Below are positions 1-11,089 of a DNA stretch of 42,580 bases, piece after piece. How positions within the stretch are numbered: position 1 is the first letter of the stretch; each line of letters begins with the position of its first letter. Below the pieces are notes generated by a model. The model ran no database searches. It saw only the letters and a list, made by a program, of their open reading frames with translations, and was not told where the DNA came from. Origin of the DNA: Catajapyx aquilonaris (taxonomy: Eukaryota); NCBI GenBank assembly GCA_000934665.2, contig KZ538883.1:1-42580 (forward strand). Reading direction: 5' to 3'. A program made the translations under genes and the position numbers.

Positions 1-159
1 CTTTTCACCACGGTGGCGTCCGTCGTCCGTATGGGAGTTACGTCACAATTTATGCCCCTGCAGACTTACGCGAGCCACCACGATTCCGGCCTAAGACAAT
101 AATATTGTCTAGAAGATAAGTGGGTGTAAACTGTTCTTCCATATTTGATTTCCCCCTTA

Positions 160-413
160 AGACAAAGTGTTACAATCGACCCCACCCTCTATTACAACTG
201 CCCCTATTTTGGGGTCGGTTGTAACACTCTGCCTTGCCTTGGAAAAATCTTTATAAACCAATCAATTTTTAATCTTAAGTCTTTATAATGTTAATTTTAC
301 AAAGAGGAATGTTGCCTTATTTCCACCATGTCAAAAACCTTTGCCTAAATGTATATGTAACTGAATTTAAAAATCCAGACTAAAAAATGTTACAAACGAC
401 CCCGATCTCCCTT
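160..413. mobile_element. Right end of a TA-type DNA-transposon MITE (left end probably outside window or lost)
   Basis: Ends TGTTACAAACGACCCCGATCTCCCT; the terminal motif recurs internally as an inverted pair (~167-227). Confidence 0.5.
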
Positions 414-590
414 ACTACTGTGTAGGCCTATGTAAAAAAAAAGGAAAAAAATCGCATGCTGGCTGCGTACAGTACAGTACAACCATCATCACTTCAACTC
501 TCCCCTTGCAAAAATTCTATGGTTTTGTAGCGCCAGGATAAGTTTATCAGGAACTATTCTTTAACAACTGCTATAACGTCTACTAAAATA

Positions 591-643
591 CAGTAAAACC
601 GCCGAAGCTGGACAACTGCGAGTGTCCAACATAGGTTTTACTG
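591..643. mobile_element. 53-bp pogo/Tigger-type mini-MITE
   Basis: TA|CAGTAAAACC...GGTTTTACTG|CA. Confidence 0.6.
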
Positions 644-1263
644 CACAGTGAAATCCAGAATAGGATTTAATGATTCACTTTATACACACACTGTGGGCCA
701 AATTGTGACTCCAGTACTATCCCTTCCTCCTAATCGAGCCAACTGGCACTCTTATCAGCGGAAAGGTCTGTGTGTAACAACTAATGAGTCGCCTGATATC
801 TGGAAGTCAGTGTTGCCAACCTAATGAACCAGCGCCATTTAAACTCGGGCTTACACTACGCCCCCTCCCACTGTTCCCCAAATACTGCATGCAGTTTACT
901 GTCCAAAAAAAGTTCAAACTAAATCAATCGCAATTTTTTCCAGAATAATGATATTTTACGCATTATATTAAAAGCAACAGATTATTTAAAAATATAAGCA
1001 TGATTTTAGTCTGTATCTCCCATTCTTAACATTCCCTAGTGTAGGCAAGGCAGTATTGATTACCCAGCTGCTGCGACCGATTGCTCTTTGGATATTAACT
1101 CCACCCACTCCTATTTCACCAATGGTATTTGGTGTGGCTTTACAGGCTCTACTCTAATTGGCATGCACAAGGAGCATCCTCCTTAACGGATTTAAATCAC
1201 CCCTGTATACACTTGAATGATGCAATATAGAACACGGGGAGAAATCCAGGGGGGTGGGGGTAC

Positions 1264-1348
<85 letters not shown>
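1264..1348. repeat. (TAA)n microsatellite
   Basis: ~28 perfect units; source of the spurious poly-Leu ORF. Confidence 0.97.
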
Positions 1349-1349
<1 letters not shown>

Positions 1350-2093
1350 TTTTTGCTTGTTTGGAAGTTGCTCAAAGAACTATTGGAGAAGGATGCACAA
1401 CAATGATTCACACTGCACATCGCAAGTCCTTATGCAGGCATTAGTCAAAGTTTCAAACAGTTCAAGTGGTGCACTTTTAACCCTTTAATTGGGAATGTAT
1501 CTCCTGAGATACATTGTTTTCAAACATTTTTACCAGAGAAAAAGTGCGAGAAAACGGATGGTGTATCTTCTGGGATATAACCTCTCGCGACCTGTAGTAC
1601 CTCATAAGTGTACTTCGCCATCTCTTGGGAAAAGCTTGCACCATGGTGGCTGCTGCGGATGAGGTTGATGCGCCATTGGTAAGAAACTGTTTTATTTTTA
1701 TTGCAGTAACATGGTTTTGAAAGACGTAAAATTAGCTCCAGTGAGTGCATGAATCATGTGATCAGACCAGCCTCTCAGTTGTCTCATAAAACTAATATTA
1801 CAAGCGTAATAGTTGGCGATTAACATAATTATGTATCCCAGGAGATACATTGCCAATTCAAGGGTACAAAAACACTCCTTGGCCATGGGTAGCTCCAGTT
1901 ATGTTACTCAAAGGGACATTTCTCGGGTGATAATGACGGATCTTTATGAAACTGAACATGCTAATACAGGACAATATATGATAACCACAAATGAGATATT
2001 TTGGGCGGAGGCCCATATTTGCAAAAGTTATGACGTCTTAAAGTGCCAAAAATAATACATTTTCATACACAATGAGATTACATTAGTGACCTC

Positions 2094-2526
2094 TTATTTA
2101 ACTATTATACAATTGAATACCACATTATTTTACAGTTCACTTTTTATTGAATGGTTTATACATGAACAATTAATATTGAAATGTGCACAACAAAAAGCTC
2201 ATCTCCTGACATATCGTGAGTGTCAATATATTGCCAAGTGAGTGTGAGCAAATGAAGACTTTTTGCCTATTAGCAGCACAAAGAGAAGTGGTGCCAACAG
2301 TATGTTGTTAATGTGACGAGATACTTACACTATGGTTAATATACAGGTACCGCAGTTCTAAAAGTAAAGAAGTAGGCCTACTCGATGATGGTGACACAAT
2401 AATGACATGCTATGAGATCAGCACTTCTTTTGTTGTGCACATTTCAATATTAATTTTGTTTCTGTATAAATGATTCATTAAAAAGTAAACTGCATATGTT
2501 AAATAAATTGTATGATAGAGAAATAA
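2094..2526. repeat. Degenerate AT-rich foldback (arms ~2094-2215 and ~2405-2526)
   Basis: AATTAATATTGAAATGTGCACAACAAAA and its reverse complement, with weaker similarity extending outwards. Confidence 0.75.
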
Positions 2527-2622
2527 TGTGCATTTGGTACAATAAAACTGATTACACACTTTCCACGTACAGTCCATATTTTCGGAGCTACAGCAATTTG
2601 ATAAAGACTTTTCACTCGTTGA

Positions 2623-3068
2623 AGGGTAGCCAACCCTCAAGCGAAAACGGACGTGGCGCCACATCTGAATTTAAAGAGTATGGTCCCAAGGATATTCTGA
2701 CCAAATTTCATGCTTTTATCACTAACTGTAAGTGCACCGTTGACCTTTTTTTTGTCCCTTAATTCCATGACTGCGGGTTCAAGTCGCTGTAGTGCCGAAA
2801 ATACGAACTGTACGTAGAAAATATACTCTATGCATTTTGTAGCGTACATTCTCCTCTACAACCTTTGTTAGGCACATATCTACCCAAGAAGCACAGTTCG
2901 CTCAGAAACAGACTTCCCACTCACTCCAGGGTAGCCAACCCGCCTCCGCGGTGAAAACGCGCGTGGCACCATATCTGGACTTGAAGAGTATGGTCCCACA
3001 GACATTTGTACCAAATTTCATGCTTTCATCACCAAATGCACGGTTGGAGCCCCTTAACGTCCTGACTA
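2623..3068. mobile_element. Duplicated DNA-transposon terminus, Academ-like
   Basis: ~120-bp direct repeat (2623-2742, 2928-3045) containing ACCAAATTTCATGCTTTYATCAC; ends ...GACTA at 3068 (TAG...CTA termini). Confidence 0.5.
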
Positions 3069-3624
3069 CTTGTGAAACCCCTTAATTGGCAATGGGATAC
3101 ATAGCGAAAAACAGGGAAGACAACAATAAAAACGAAATTCATAGATTGGAGCATATCATACCAATTATTTTAGTAGAGAAATACAACTGACATAATTTTA
3201 CTAATGTCCTTTCCATGTTTGCCCATTAAAGGGTTAACACCCAGACCATAGAAACCTTCAAACCTCAATATCACTAAAAGTACTGTACATTTACTGGATC
3301 GTAACATGCAACCGTTTTGTGTGTATGTCTAAGCATGATGTTTCATGATATTCCATCTTGTGTCTGGGGAAAATTATACTGGATACTTATAAGTTTTCCC
3401 CTATCACTTGCTGACAAGGCTTGAAGCTATCGTGACAACTACCAGACCAATGAATCCTCACCAACATAAACCACCCTATCATATCACATGTTGGTTTGCC
3501 AACGCCTCCCAGATAATTCCCACCCAGATAATTCCCATGCGATCACCCTGAGACAATATTAATTATGGTAGTACAACTGGTCAAGTCACGTAATGTACAT
3601 ATTGCATACCATCACATGCAACAT

Positions 3625-3690
3625 GGTAGGCACAAGACAGAGAAGCATCCTATGATATATCATAGGATGCTTCTCTGTCTTGTGCCTACC
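3625..3690. repeat. 66-bp perfect palindrome, no spacer
   Basis: 33-bp arms, centre TATGATA|TATCATA. Confidence 0.97.
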
Positions 3691-3696
3691 TGTATA

Positions 3697-3740
3697 TTTA
3701 CTTGTGGTAGACACTATATATAGTGTCTACCACAAGTAAA
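3697..3740. repeat. 44-bp perfect palindrome, no spacer
   Basis: 22-bp arms, centre CACTATA|TATAGTG. Confidence 0.97.
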
Positions 3741-3978
3741 CAGGCATGGGGGAAGGATGGGAGGGGAGAGAAGCTGACGTCCATGGAGTGTGAATAGCTT
3801 GCACTGTACTCCGTGCTGTTTTTGCACCAATGGGCATGATTGCATGAGCTTCTTAGAAGCGACTCCACTGGAATGCTCCCATCTTTTGTACATGTGATAC
3901 TCTAACAATGGAAGCACAATCTACCCCAAACATTGATATTCTTGCCATATGCAGTATACTCCTATGCTCACATGGTAA

Positions 3979-4516
3979 AATTGAACCATGGAATACAAAA
4001 CCGAGCTAACTCCAGTGAGGGAAAAAAAGGACTTGTGCACTTTTTGCACTGACCCCTCGGAAAGCACAGAAGGGACCATCACACATGCATGGAATTTTCA
4101 GGAAAGTTGCAGCCAGTGATTCAACACCCATCCACGTTGAAACGATACTTGTCGGACATGTAGGTATTGCACAGCACACGTTTGTAGTAAGCTAACTCCA
4201 ATGGATTAAATCCATTGGAGTTAGCTTACTTTTGTATTCACATGCTCTTGGAAGAGAAAACCGAAACACCTCCAAGAGGGCTTCGTGGGGAGGGGGTCAC
4301 TACAAACGTGTGCTGTGCAGTACCTACATGTGCGGCAAGTAGGCTATAGTGTCACCGTGGATGGGCGTTGAATCGCCGGCTGCAACTTTCCTGAAAATTC
4401 CACGCATGTGTGATGGTCCCTTCTATGCTTTCCGAGGGGTCAGTGCAAGAAGTACACAAGTACTTTTTCCCCCCCCTCACTGGAGTTAGCTCGGTTTTGT
4501 TTTACATGGTTCAATT
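3979..4516. mobile_element. Foldback MITE with ~210-bp arms and an internal hairpin
   Basis: AATTGAACCATG...CATGGTTCAATT; arms 3979-4188 and 4299-4516; inner hairpin 4186-4230. Confidence 0.88.
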
Positions 4517-5037
4517 ATACAATAACATTCATTTGTAGTTTGCAGTAGTTGAATTGCATATATGCAATAACCAGGTAGGTTGAATTAGTTGTATTTTAGC
4601 GAATCTATTTCGTTTTTAAAAAACAATCCCTTATAATTGATACCAAAGGTTTTCAGCAATGTCAATATCCACCACCTACCTACAGGTCCTCCCAAGTTAC
4701 TGTGTGCCAATGCAACAACAGCTGAAGAGAAACAATCATACCACATGGTTGCTGGCATACATAGAAGCATTTGTAACCAGGGTTGGCAATAATCAATGAC
4801 TATTTTAAAATAATCAAATAATCGATTTTGATAATAATGTTATTATTTGTAGTACAGCACTTTATTTCATTTTCCTGATAAAAACCCCACCTGCTATTTG
4901 AAGAAAATCAAGAAATGTATGTCAATATTGTCAAACATGTTACATTCCAAGGAAAGTACAATATACAGTCAATCCTCGTTTAACACGGATTCCGCTTACT
5001 TGGGAGCTACTAGCCGACTACACTATTCAGTAGTGTA

Positions 5038-5197
5038 CCTGTGTATCAACAGTTCAAAAAGAATTGTCCCGTCGCGTCGAGCGGGCAGCCACCTGTCAGG
5101 ATGAAAGGAACCAGTTAACTGGTTCCTTTCATCCTGACGCGAGGCTGCCCGCTCGACGCTCAGGGACAATTCTTTTTGAACTGTTGATACATACCTG
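5038..5197. mobile_element. Palindromic Tc1/mariner-type MITE (copy 1), nested in the hAT element
   Basis: Near-perfect palindrome centred on GTTAAC 5114-5119; TA flanks; second copy at 20032. Confidence 0.85.
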
Positions 5198-5409
5198 TAA
5201 GTCTGTAACACTTACAGTATTATTGTACACTACTGTATTACGCAGAAAGCAGTGCCTGATGTACTACCTCTGTGGCTCTGTCATGTTCTCATGTACTGAT
5301 TATGATAATTAAACTGTAGTTTACTACATATGGAATAAGTCAAGAGTCAAGAGTTTTAACTTTTAACTTTTGACTGGTGAGTTTGTGATTATTGGTAGGA
5401 TAAATGTAT

Positions 5410-5428
5410 ATTATTGTTGTTGTTGTTG

Positions 5429-5473
<45 letters not shown>
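5410..5473. repeat. Compound (TTG)n(TTA)n microsatellite
   Basis: Direct reading; followed by a 34-bp tandem duplication and GATTATAATC repeats. Confidence 0.93.
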
Positions 5474-5726
5474 GTGATTATAATCAAGATTTTTCATTAT
5501 TAATCAGTTGATTATAATCAAGATTTTTCATTATTAATCAGTTGATTATAATCATGATTATAATCAATGATTATAATAAATTGATTATAATCATGCGAAC
5601 CCTGTTTGTAACACATGTTCTCACTGCATGGGGATTGTATTTAAAAGCACATCTTTGCCTATCTGAGTGGGAATTGTTATCATACTAGTTAGTGTCAAAA
5701 AAAAGTGCAATGTGCAGTATAATAAT

Positions 5727-6371
5727 TAAAGAACAGATTTTTAGGTTCTAAAAAACCCCCCAAAAAGGTAGACATTCAGGTCTCGTAACATTGTATAGCA
5801 ATGAAAATAAATTAGTACCTGCGTGATTTTTACTGCCAATTTATGAGCCTATTTTAACTGTTTTCATTTCTATACAATGTTATGAGGCTGTAACATTGTA
5901 CAGAAATGGCCGTGGAATTTTGTTGCACATTAACAAACTAGCAGTTGTTCCATATTTTCTCGTATTTTCGTTGGTTAGTAGGCGATGCCTGTCTGACAAT
6001 ACATCGTTATACTCTACAATGACCTTTTGAGGTCACACGAAGCAACTGGATCATACTAGAAAAGTCAAATGTCTTCTACTGCCAGTTCATCCAGCATGCC
6101 TACAGCTTCTTGCCCTTCACAGGTTGAAGTGGAAGGGATGCCTTGAACTGAAAACCCTCATAAACTCTCTAAAATCGTGCAGAACGGCGTCAAAAGGGTG
6201 GAAATAGGCTCTAATAGGTCATTTAGGTGCCAACACCCGAAATAGGCAATTTTAGGTTCTATAAAACTACGATTTTTGAGGTCCTTGCGTTATGAAACGG
6301 ATAGATATTTTGGTTCCGGTGTTCTGCCTACAGAATAATAAGTAGGTAAAAACCTAGACATCCGTTCTCTA
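5727..6371. mobile_element. hAT-like non-autonomous element
   Basis: TA(A/G)AGAAC(A/G)GA termini; 8-bp flanks ATAATAAT/GTAATAAT; repeated TTTTAGGTTCTA. Confidence 0.55.
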
Positions 6372-6521
6372 GTAATAATATTACATATGCAAACACTATG
6401 TAACTACTAAAATTTCCAGTGAGATTTTGCAGTTTTATGGGACGAATAAAATAAATGTGCACGTAGTGGTTCAAGGAGTAAACAGAATGTTATGAGACTT
6501 ATGACAATATGCAAAAAACTT

Positions 6522-6880
6522 ATAGTACTCCCAAAACTAATATAGGGATGTGCAATTAGTTTTTGGCTCCGTTGTGAGTTAATGCATATGGCACCTTTAA
6601 AGTGTAGAGGGCCGGATGGTGGAATATGAGGTAAAAATGACAAAGTGCACGGGTGTCGTACCCGGATTCTTACTGTGACGGGATTTGATCACATATTGCA
6701 CATGGGCAATGTGTTAGGGGACCAAGGCAAGGGACCGGAGGCCCTCGAACTGACTCTTTCTTCCTTGAAGCTGGCAGAACGGATGTGGCGTCACGAAACT
6801 TTGATGGCGCCTTACTCATTAACTATGCAACGGAGCCCAAAACTAATTGCACATCCCTATATCAGTTTTACGAGTACTAT
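6522..6880. mobile_element. MITE with ~80-bp TIRs (Tc1-like)
   Basis: ATAGTACTC..AAAACT.ATATAGGGATGTGCAATTAGTTTT.GGCTCCGTTG and its reverse complement. Confidence 0.8.
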
Positions 6881-8449
6881 CAGTCTACCTGGCGATTGTC
6901 CGCGAGTTTCCCTTCACCCTGTATATGCATGTGCTACAACTTATGACATCTTCATTCTTACAAAGAGAACATTGGAGCATAACCCTACACTACTGACATG
7001 TGTTATACACTGGTACCCTACAGGATGCTAACAAGTAATGGTGCAATATAAGTTGCAATATGGATGAGATGCCAGGGTACAAAAAACACAAAAATGTAGA
7101 GGCACAATACAGCTTGTGAGTAATGTTAACCAATGTAAAAGTTGGCCAAAGTGAGTTAAGGTGGAAAGAAAGCAAAATTTCACTACCTATAGGAGTTGCA
7201 GGAAATTTGCAGGATTTGTCGAGTGAAAGGTCCTCTTAAATGGCAATAATACTAAGGCAAACTAGCACACCAGGTGTCTCGGGAGTTCTGACTTACACAT
7301 TGGGCTTGCAATAAATTTTGACATTTCTTCAGAACCAAATGATTCAAAAATAAAATGCACAAAATATGCAGAATAACATAAGGTGTGCAACCCACAGGAA
7401 AGGACACCTCACCAGGCACTTTAAATTCCGCTAACAAAAAAGTTTTAAAAACCTGCATCTGTCACATGATATGTGGCAGTGTTGTGTGTACAGTAGCCTA
7501 CAGTATCAGAATGGCCCTGGCATTGAGAGACATGAAAATTTGAAAATATTTCAAGCTTTTGCTACTAGTGTTAATGCTGCAATAATAGTATTGGCCATGA
7601 AATCCCAGGCCGCCTGCAACTGAAGGGAACAGAACAGTTGCACATGTTATAACCCTATTAGAACATACAGTTGGCACCATTTGTTTACACTGAAAACTGA
7701 CAGATCAGCCAATACAGCTTTGTCTTTCATTGCTGGTCCAGTACTGTACCAACCTAACTCTTATTAGCATACAGAGATTGTCATGCTTCTAATCTGGTAA
7801 AAACTTAGATGCTTTTTATAGGATTTGAGGCATGATAATACCACAATAAACCAATAAAATGGAATTCATTTAATTACATGGCCAGTACCAAAAATGCATT
7901 TTTCCCCATAGATAGGTTGCTGCAGTCCCAAGCACCATCGGAGTCCATAAGTACGGTACTATTCTTCTTTGGACTTGATCTACACTTGAATGCTTGGGAA
8001 AGAGGGACAGGGTAAGGATGATGTTGGAGACCATGTTGTATATTGTACCGGATAAAAATTCGTAGGCTTTAACATTTAAAGACAGTTGCAGGGGATATGA
8101 TACCAAGGCAACACATCTCACCACACATCCTTACCCTTTCTCTCCTGCTACGCGCTCGAGCCAGTGCCAACCAACAGTGACATAACAGGATTTCAAGTGC
8201 AATTATCACTGTCATGGAGCCAAATTGGCAAAATCAACTTGAGTAATATCATCTTAGAATACTTCAAGGAACACAGATCTGAGAGGAAGCATGAACATTT
8301 CCCACCATCCTGTACTTTATGTTTGGCACCATCACACATTGTTCATAAACTGCACATATGCTGCTGCACCCAAAAAACCTGCCAGTGATGCAAAATGATT
8401 GTCAATATCTACAATAATTCCACCATTGTAAAATTACATTTGTCTATCT

Positions 8450-9279
8450 TCATATGAAGACCTTGGGGGAAGAAAAATCAAGGTCCACCTCAGGTGAAAC
8501 TGAGATACAGGTAAAATCTCATTACAACGAAGCCCGCACGACCGGGCAAATCTTTTCATAATAACGGAATTTCGTTAAATCGAGACTGGTTATTTTTATT
8601 TCCCCGCAAGTATGTCCGAATCTGTCAACTCCTGGCACACATGTACGTTGTCATCTGCCGCTACAAAATTGTGGAAGGTAACTTCATCCGGCACTCCGGT
8701 GCTTTCAGCAATGGACCTCCACAGAGACAGGTCGTCAAGGTCATCTGAGTCTTCGGTGTCCTGGGCACTCCCCAAAACAGACACTGCCGACCCCTTGAAG
8801 CAACTTTTACCCCAACATTTCACGATTGTTGACAGTGTTACGCAAGACCACACACTCGCTTATCGCTAGACAGTGCTGGAGCAAGTGGGTTCAATACTAG
8901 CCGGGGAACCACCTTTCGTACTCATTGTACTGAAAATTTCGTACTAACGCAATTCGTAATAACGGGATTACAAATATAATGCTCTTACGGCTGGCCAACC
9001 AAAATTTTATTTTGATTGCGTTCTATTGAAATTTCGTTTTATTGGTATTCACTAAAACTAGATTTTACCTGTATTCCAATTTTAAATTTCAAAGGCCCAC
9101 AACACTCCATTGTAAATCCCACTTTCGGGGCCTTCCATAGTGACCTTTGATCATTACTCCACAACCACAACCAAACCATCCTATTCTACACTAGTGAAAG
9201 TATCTTCTGAGATAAACTATGTAACTCATTTTTGACAAAAAGTGGACCTTGATTGCTCTTCCCCCGAGGTCTTCATATG
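8450..9279. mobile_element. Outer inverted-repeat element interrupted by a Tigger insertion
   Basis: ~39-bp IR TCATATGAAGACCT(T/C)GGGGGAAGA..AATCAAGGTCCAC at 8450-8488 and 9242-9279. Confidence 0.7.
8508..9071 (-). mobile_element. Internally deleted pogo/Tigger transposon carrying a transposase C-terminal fragment
   Basis: TA|CAGGTAAAATCT...AGATTTTACCTG|TA; - strand ORF 8596-8853 WSCVTLSTIVKCWGKSCF...FHNFVAADDNV...ELTDSDI fits the Tigger/jerky motif W..V...TI.NCW.K.GF and its acidic tail. Confidence 0.88.
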
Positions 9280-11089
9280 ATGCTTGTTTCTCCTGGAACC
9301 TGTATGCATTTTTCTTCCCCATCTTGTATTTTATATCTGCCAAGATGAGCTCTTTCTGGATGAAGTGACAGCTAAGGGATGCTGCTCAAATCTTAAATTG
9401 ATAGGAAATACTGCTATAATAGGAGAAACAAAAATCACAATTTTTTGTTGCAATTTTTTACCTGTCTAGCTTTAATTTCCTTCTCCAATATTTTAAAGCA
9501 CGTTTAAATGTACAAAGGCTTGAGGGGGTATGTGACAGAAATTGCTCGAAGGAGAGGATGTGGGTGAGTGGGATCCGCTCACAATTTAGAGAAATTCTAG
9601 CTATCCTTGGTTCTGAAATAAAGTAGCGTAAGCAAGTCCTCTGCATTATTTCATCAATCTCTCCCACTCTAAGTCTAACCTTTGTAATGTCTTCTGCAGG
9701 TTAGTGATTTCCTTTTTTCTTCCTGCCACCTGGAATAGTGAGTCAAATGGCCTAACACATGGAATATTCCATAACATTCAAGCAGGTGCCACCCTGAAAC
9801 TATACTACTTTTTAAATAATGCCTAGCTCTGGCAAAATTATATGGAGAATTTTGGTTCTGGGGAAGCTAAAAAATTTCCACACTCACCCTAAAGTGGAAG
9901 TTTGTGAATAGCCAGAGTATAAGTGGGCCTTTCAAAAATGCTTACATTTGACTTTTTGGCAGACAAACACGGCTATGGGTTACAATCATCAATACCTCAA
10001 GACCACAAATGTAAATCAGAGTCGACATTTACTTATTAATGACCATTTACTGAAGATGACATCATCTATAGTCCCCGGCGGGTTAACTTGGCAGTCCCCC
10101 CACCCAACACTCCCAGCCAATGGCGTGCCTGGATTGGGATGGGGGGGAATGGAGGAGTCGAGGTGGAGTGGGGCTGAGTGACATTCACCGGAACATCCGC
10201 AGGATCAGTCGCCGGATGCTTCGCCGGAAGCTAGGCCGGATGCTTGAAACCATGTGTACAAATTGTAATTAAAGGTTTGCTTTAAGATGTGTGTCGCAAC
10301 AATTCACGTCATCAATATTTCCAATTTTAATTGTCATCACAGTAGTCCTTAAGAGGTCAGCGTGGCGGAGGGATGTGACGTAGAAGGCAGCGAGAGGTAG
10401 GGCAACGAGGTTGGGGCTATGGGGTAGAGCTTGGGGTAGAGGAGGTAGACAGCGGCGGGGAGAGGTGGGGGGGCAAAAGGGGGCGTTGCCAGAAACCCCC
10501 ACCCTGACACGTTAGGAGGCAGTCTACTATATCATAAGTAGAGCCACACAATTACTTGCTCGCTCCCATCGCATTGGTATTGTACAAACCATTCAGTGTC
10601 CAGTGGCCAGTGCTGACTACATACATGATGCACACTGTACTTTGGTAATAACCCTGGGCTTTCAGGTCATTTACTGAACGTCTGTGTCCATTTTTGTGTT
10701 GCTGAACTTACCGCAGGAGACAGACTCAAACTTGTCTAAAGATCTAAATACATATTAAGGCAAACTTACCCACTACTGTCAAGGTACACGAATATTACCT
10801 GCAGTTCGCAAGGCTATGGCCAGAGAAAAGTGTGCCTTTCTCCCCACCTCTGTGAAATTTACAACTTAATACGGTAGCAAGTGCACATACAGCTGACTTC
10901 AGTTGTTACTGAAGTTGTATTAGATTCAGTACTGTACAAGTTTGAACAAATATGAAAAATAACACATACTTAAATGACACCTTGTGCACTCATAATTAGA
11001 CGCAACTGAAAACAATCCATCGCAAGTGGATGTGAACAACCTCTACTGCATGCCTTCTTAACTATTCACCAAATACTATGGAACTCCCT

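Larger units (their letters stand above)
1481..3233. mobile_element. piggyBac-type non-autonomous element with nested repeats
   Basis: TTAA|CCCTTTAAT...ATTAAAGGG|TTAA; a second left-end copy at 3078 makes the pairing ambiguous. Confidence 0.6.
4778..5604. mobile_element. hAT-type non-autonomous element
   Basis: TIR CAGGGTT(G/C)GCA; perfect 8-bp TSD TTTGTAAC (4770-4777, 5605-5612); subterminal ATAATC/GATTAT arrays. Confidence 0.9.

Noticed and set aside
1154..1420. 88-aa poly-Leu ORF
   Set aside because: Translation of the (TAA)n microsatellite
5474..5593. CRISPR-like or regularly spaced repeat array
   Set aside because: Identical spacers, AT-rich, inside a hAT element in eukaryotic DNA
9960..10345. 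Box C/D snoRNA in introns of the divergent transcript
   Set aside because: C-box-like and CTGA motifs lack proper spacing and terminal stems
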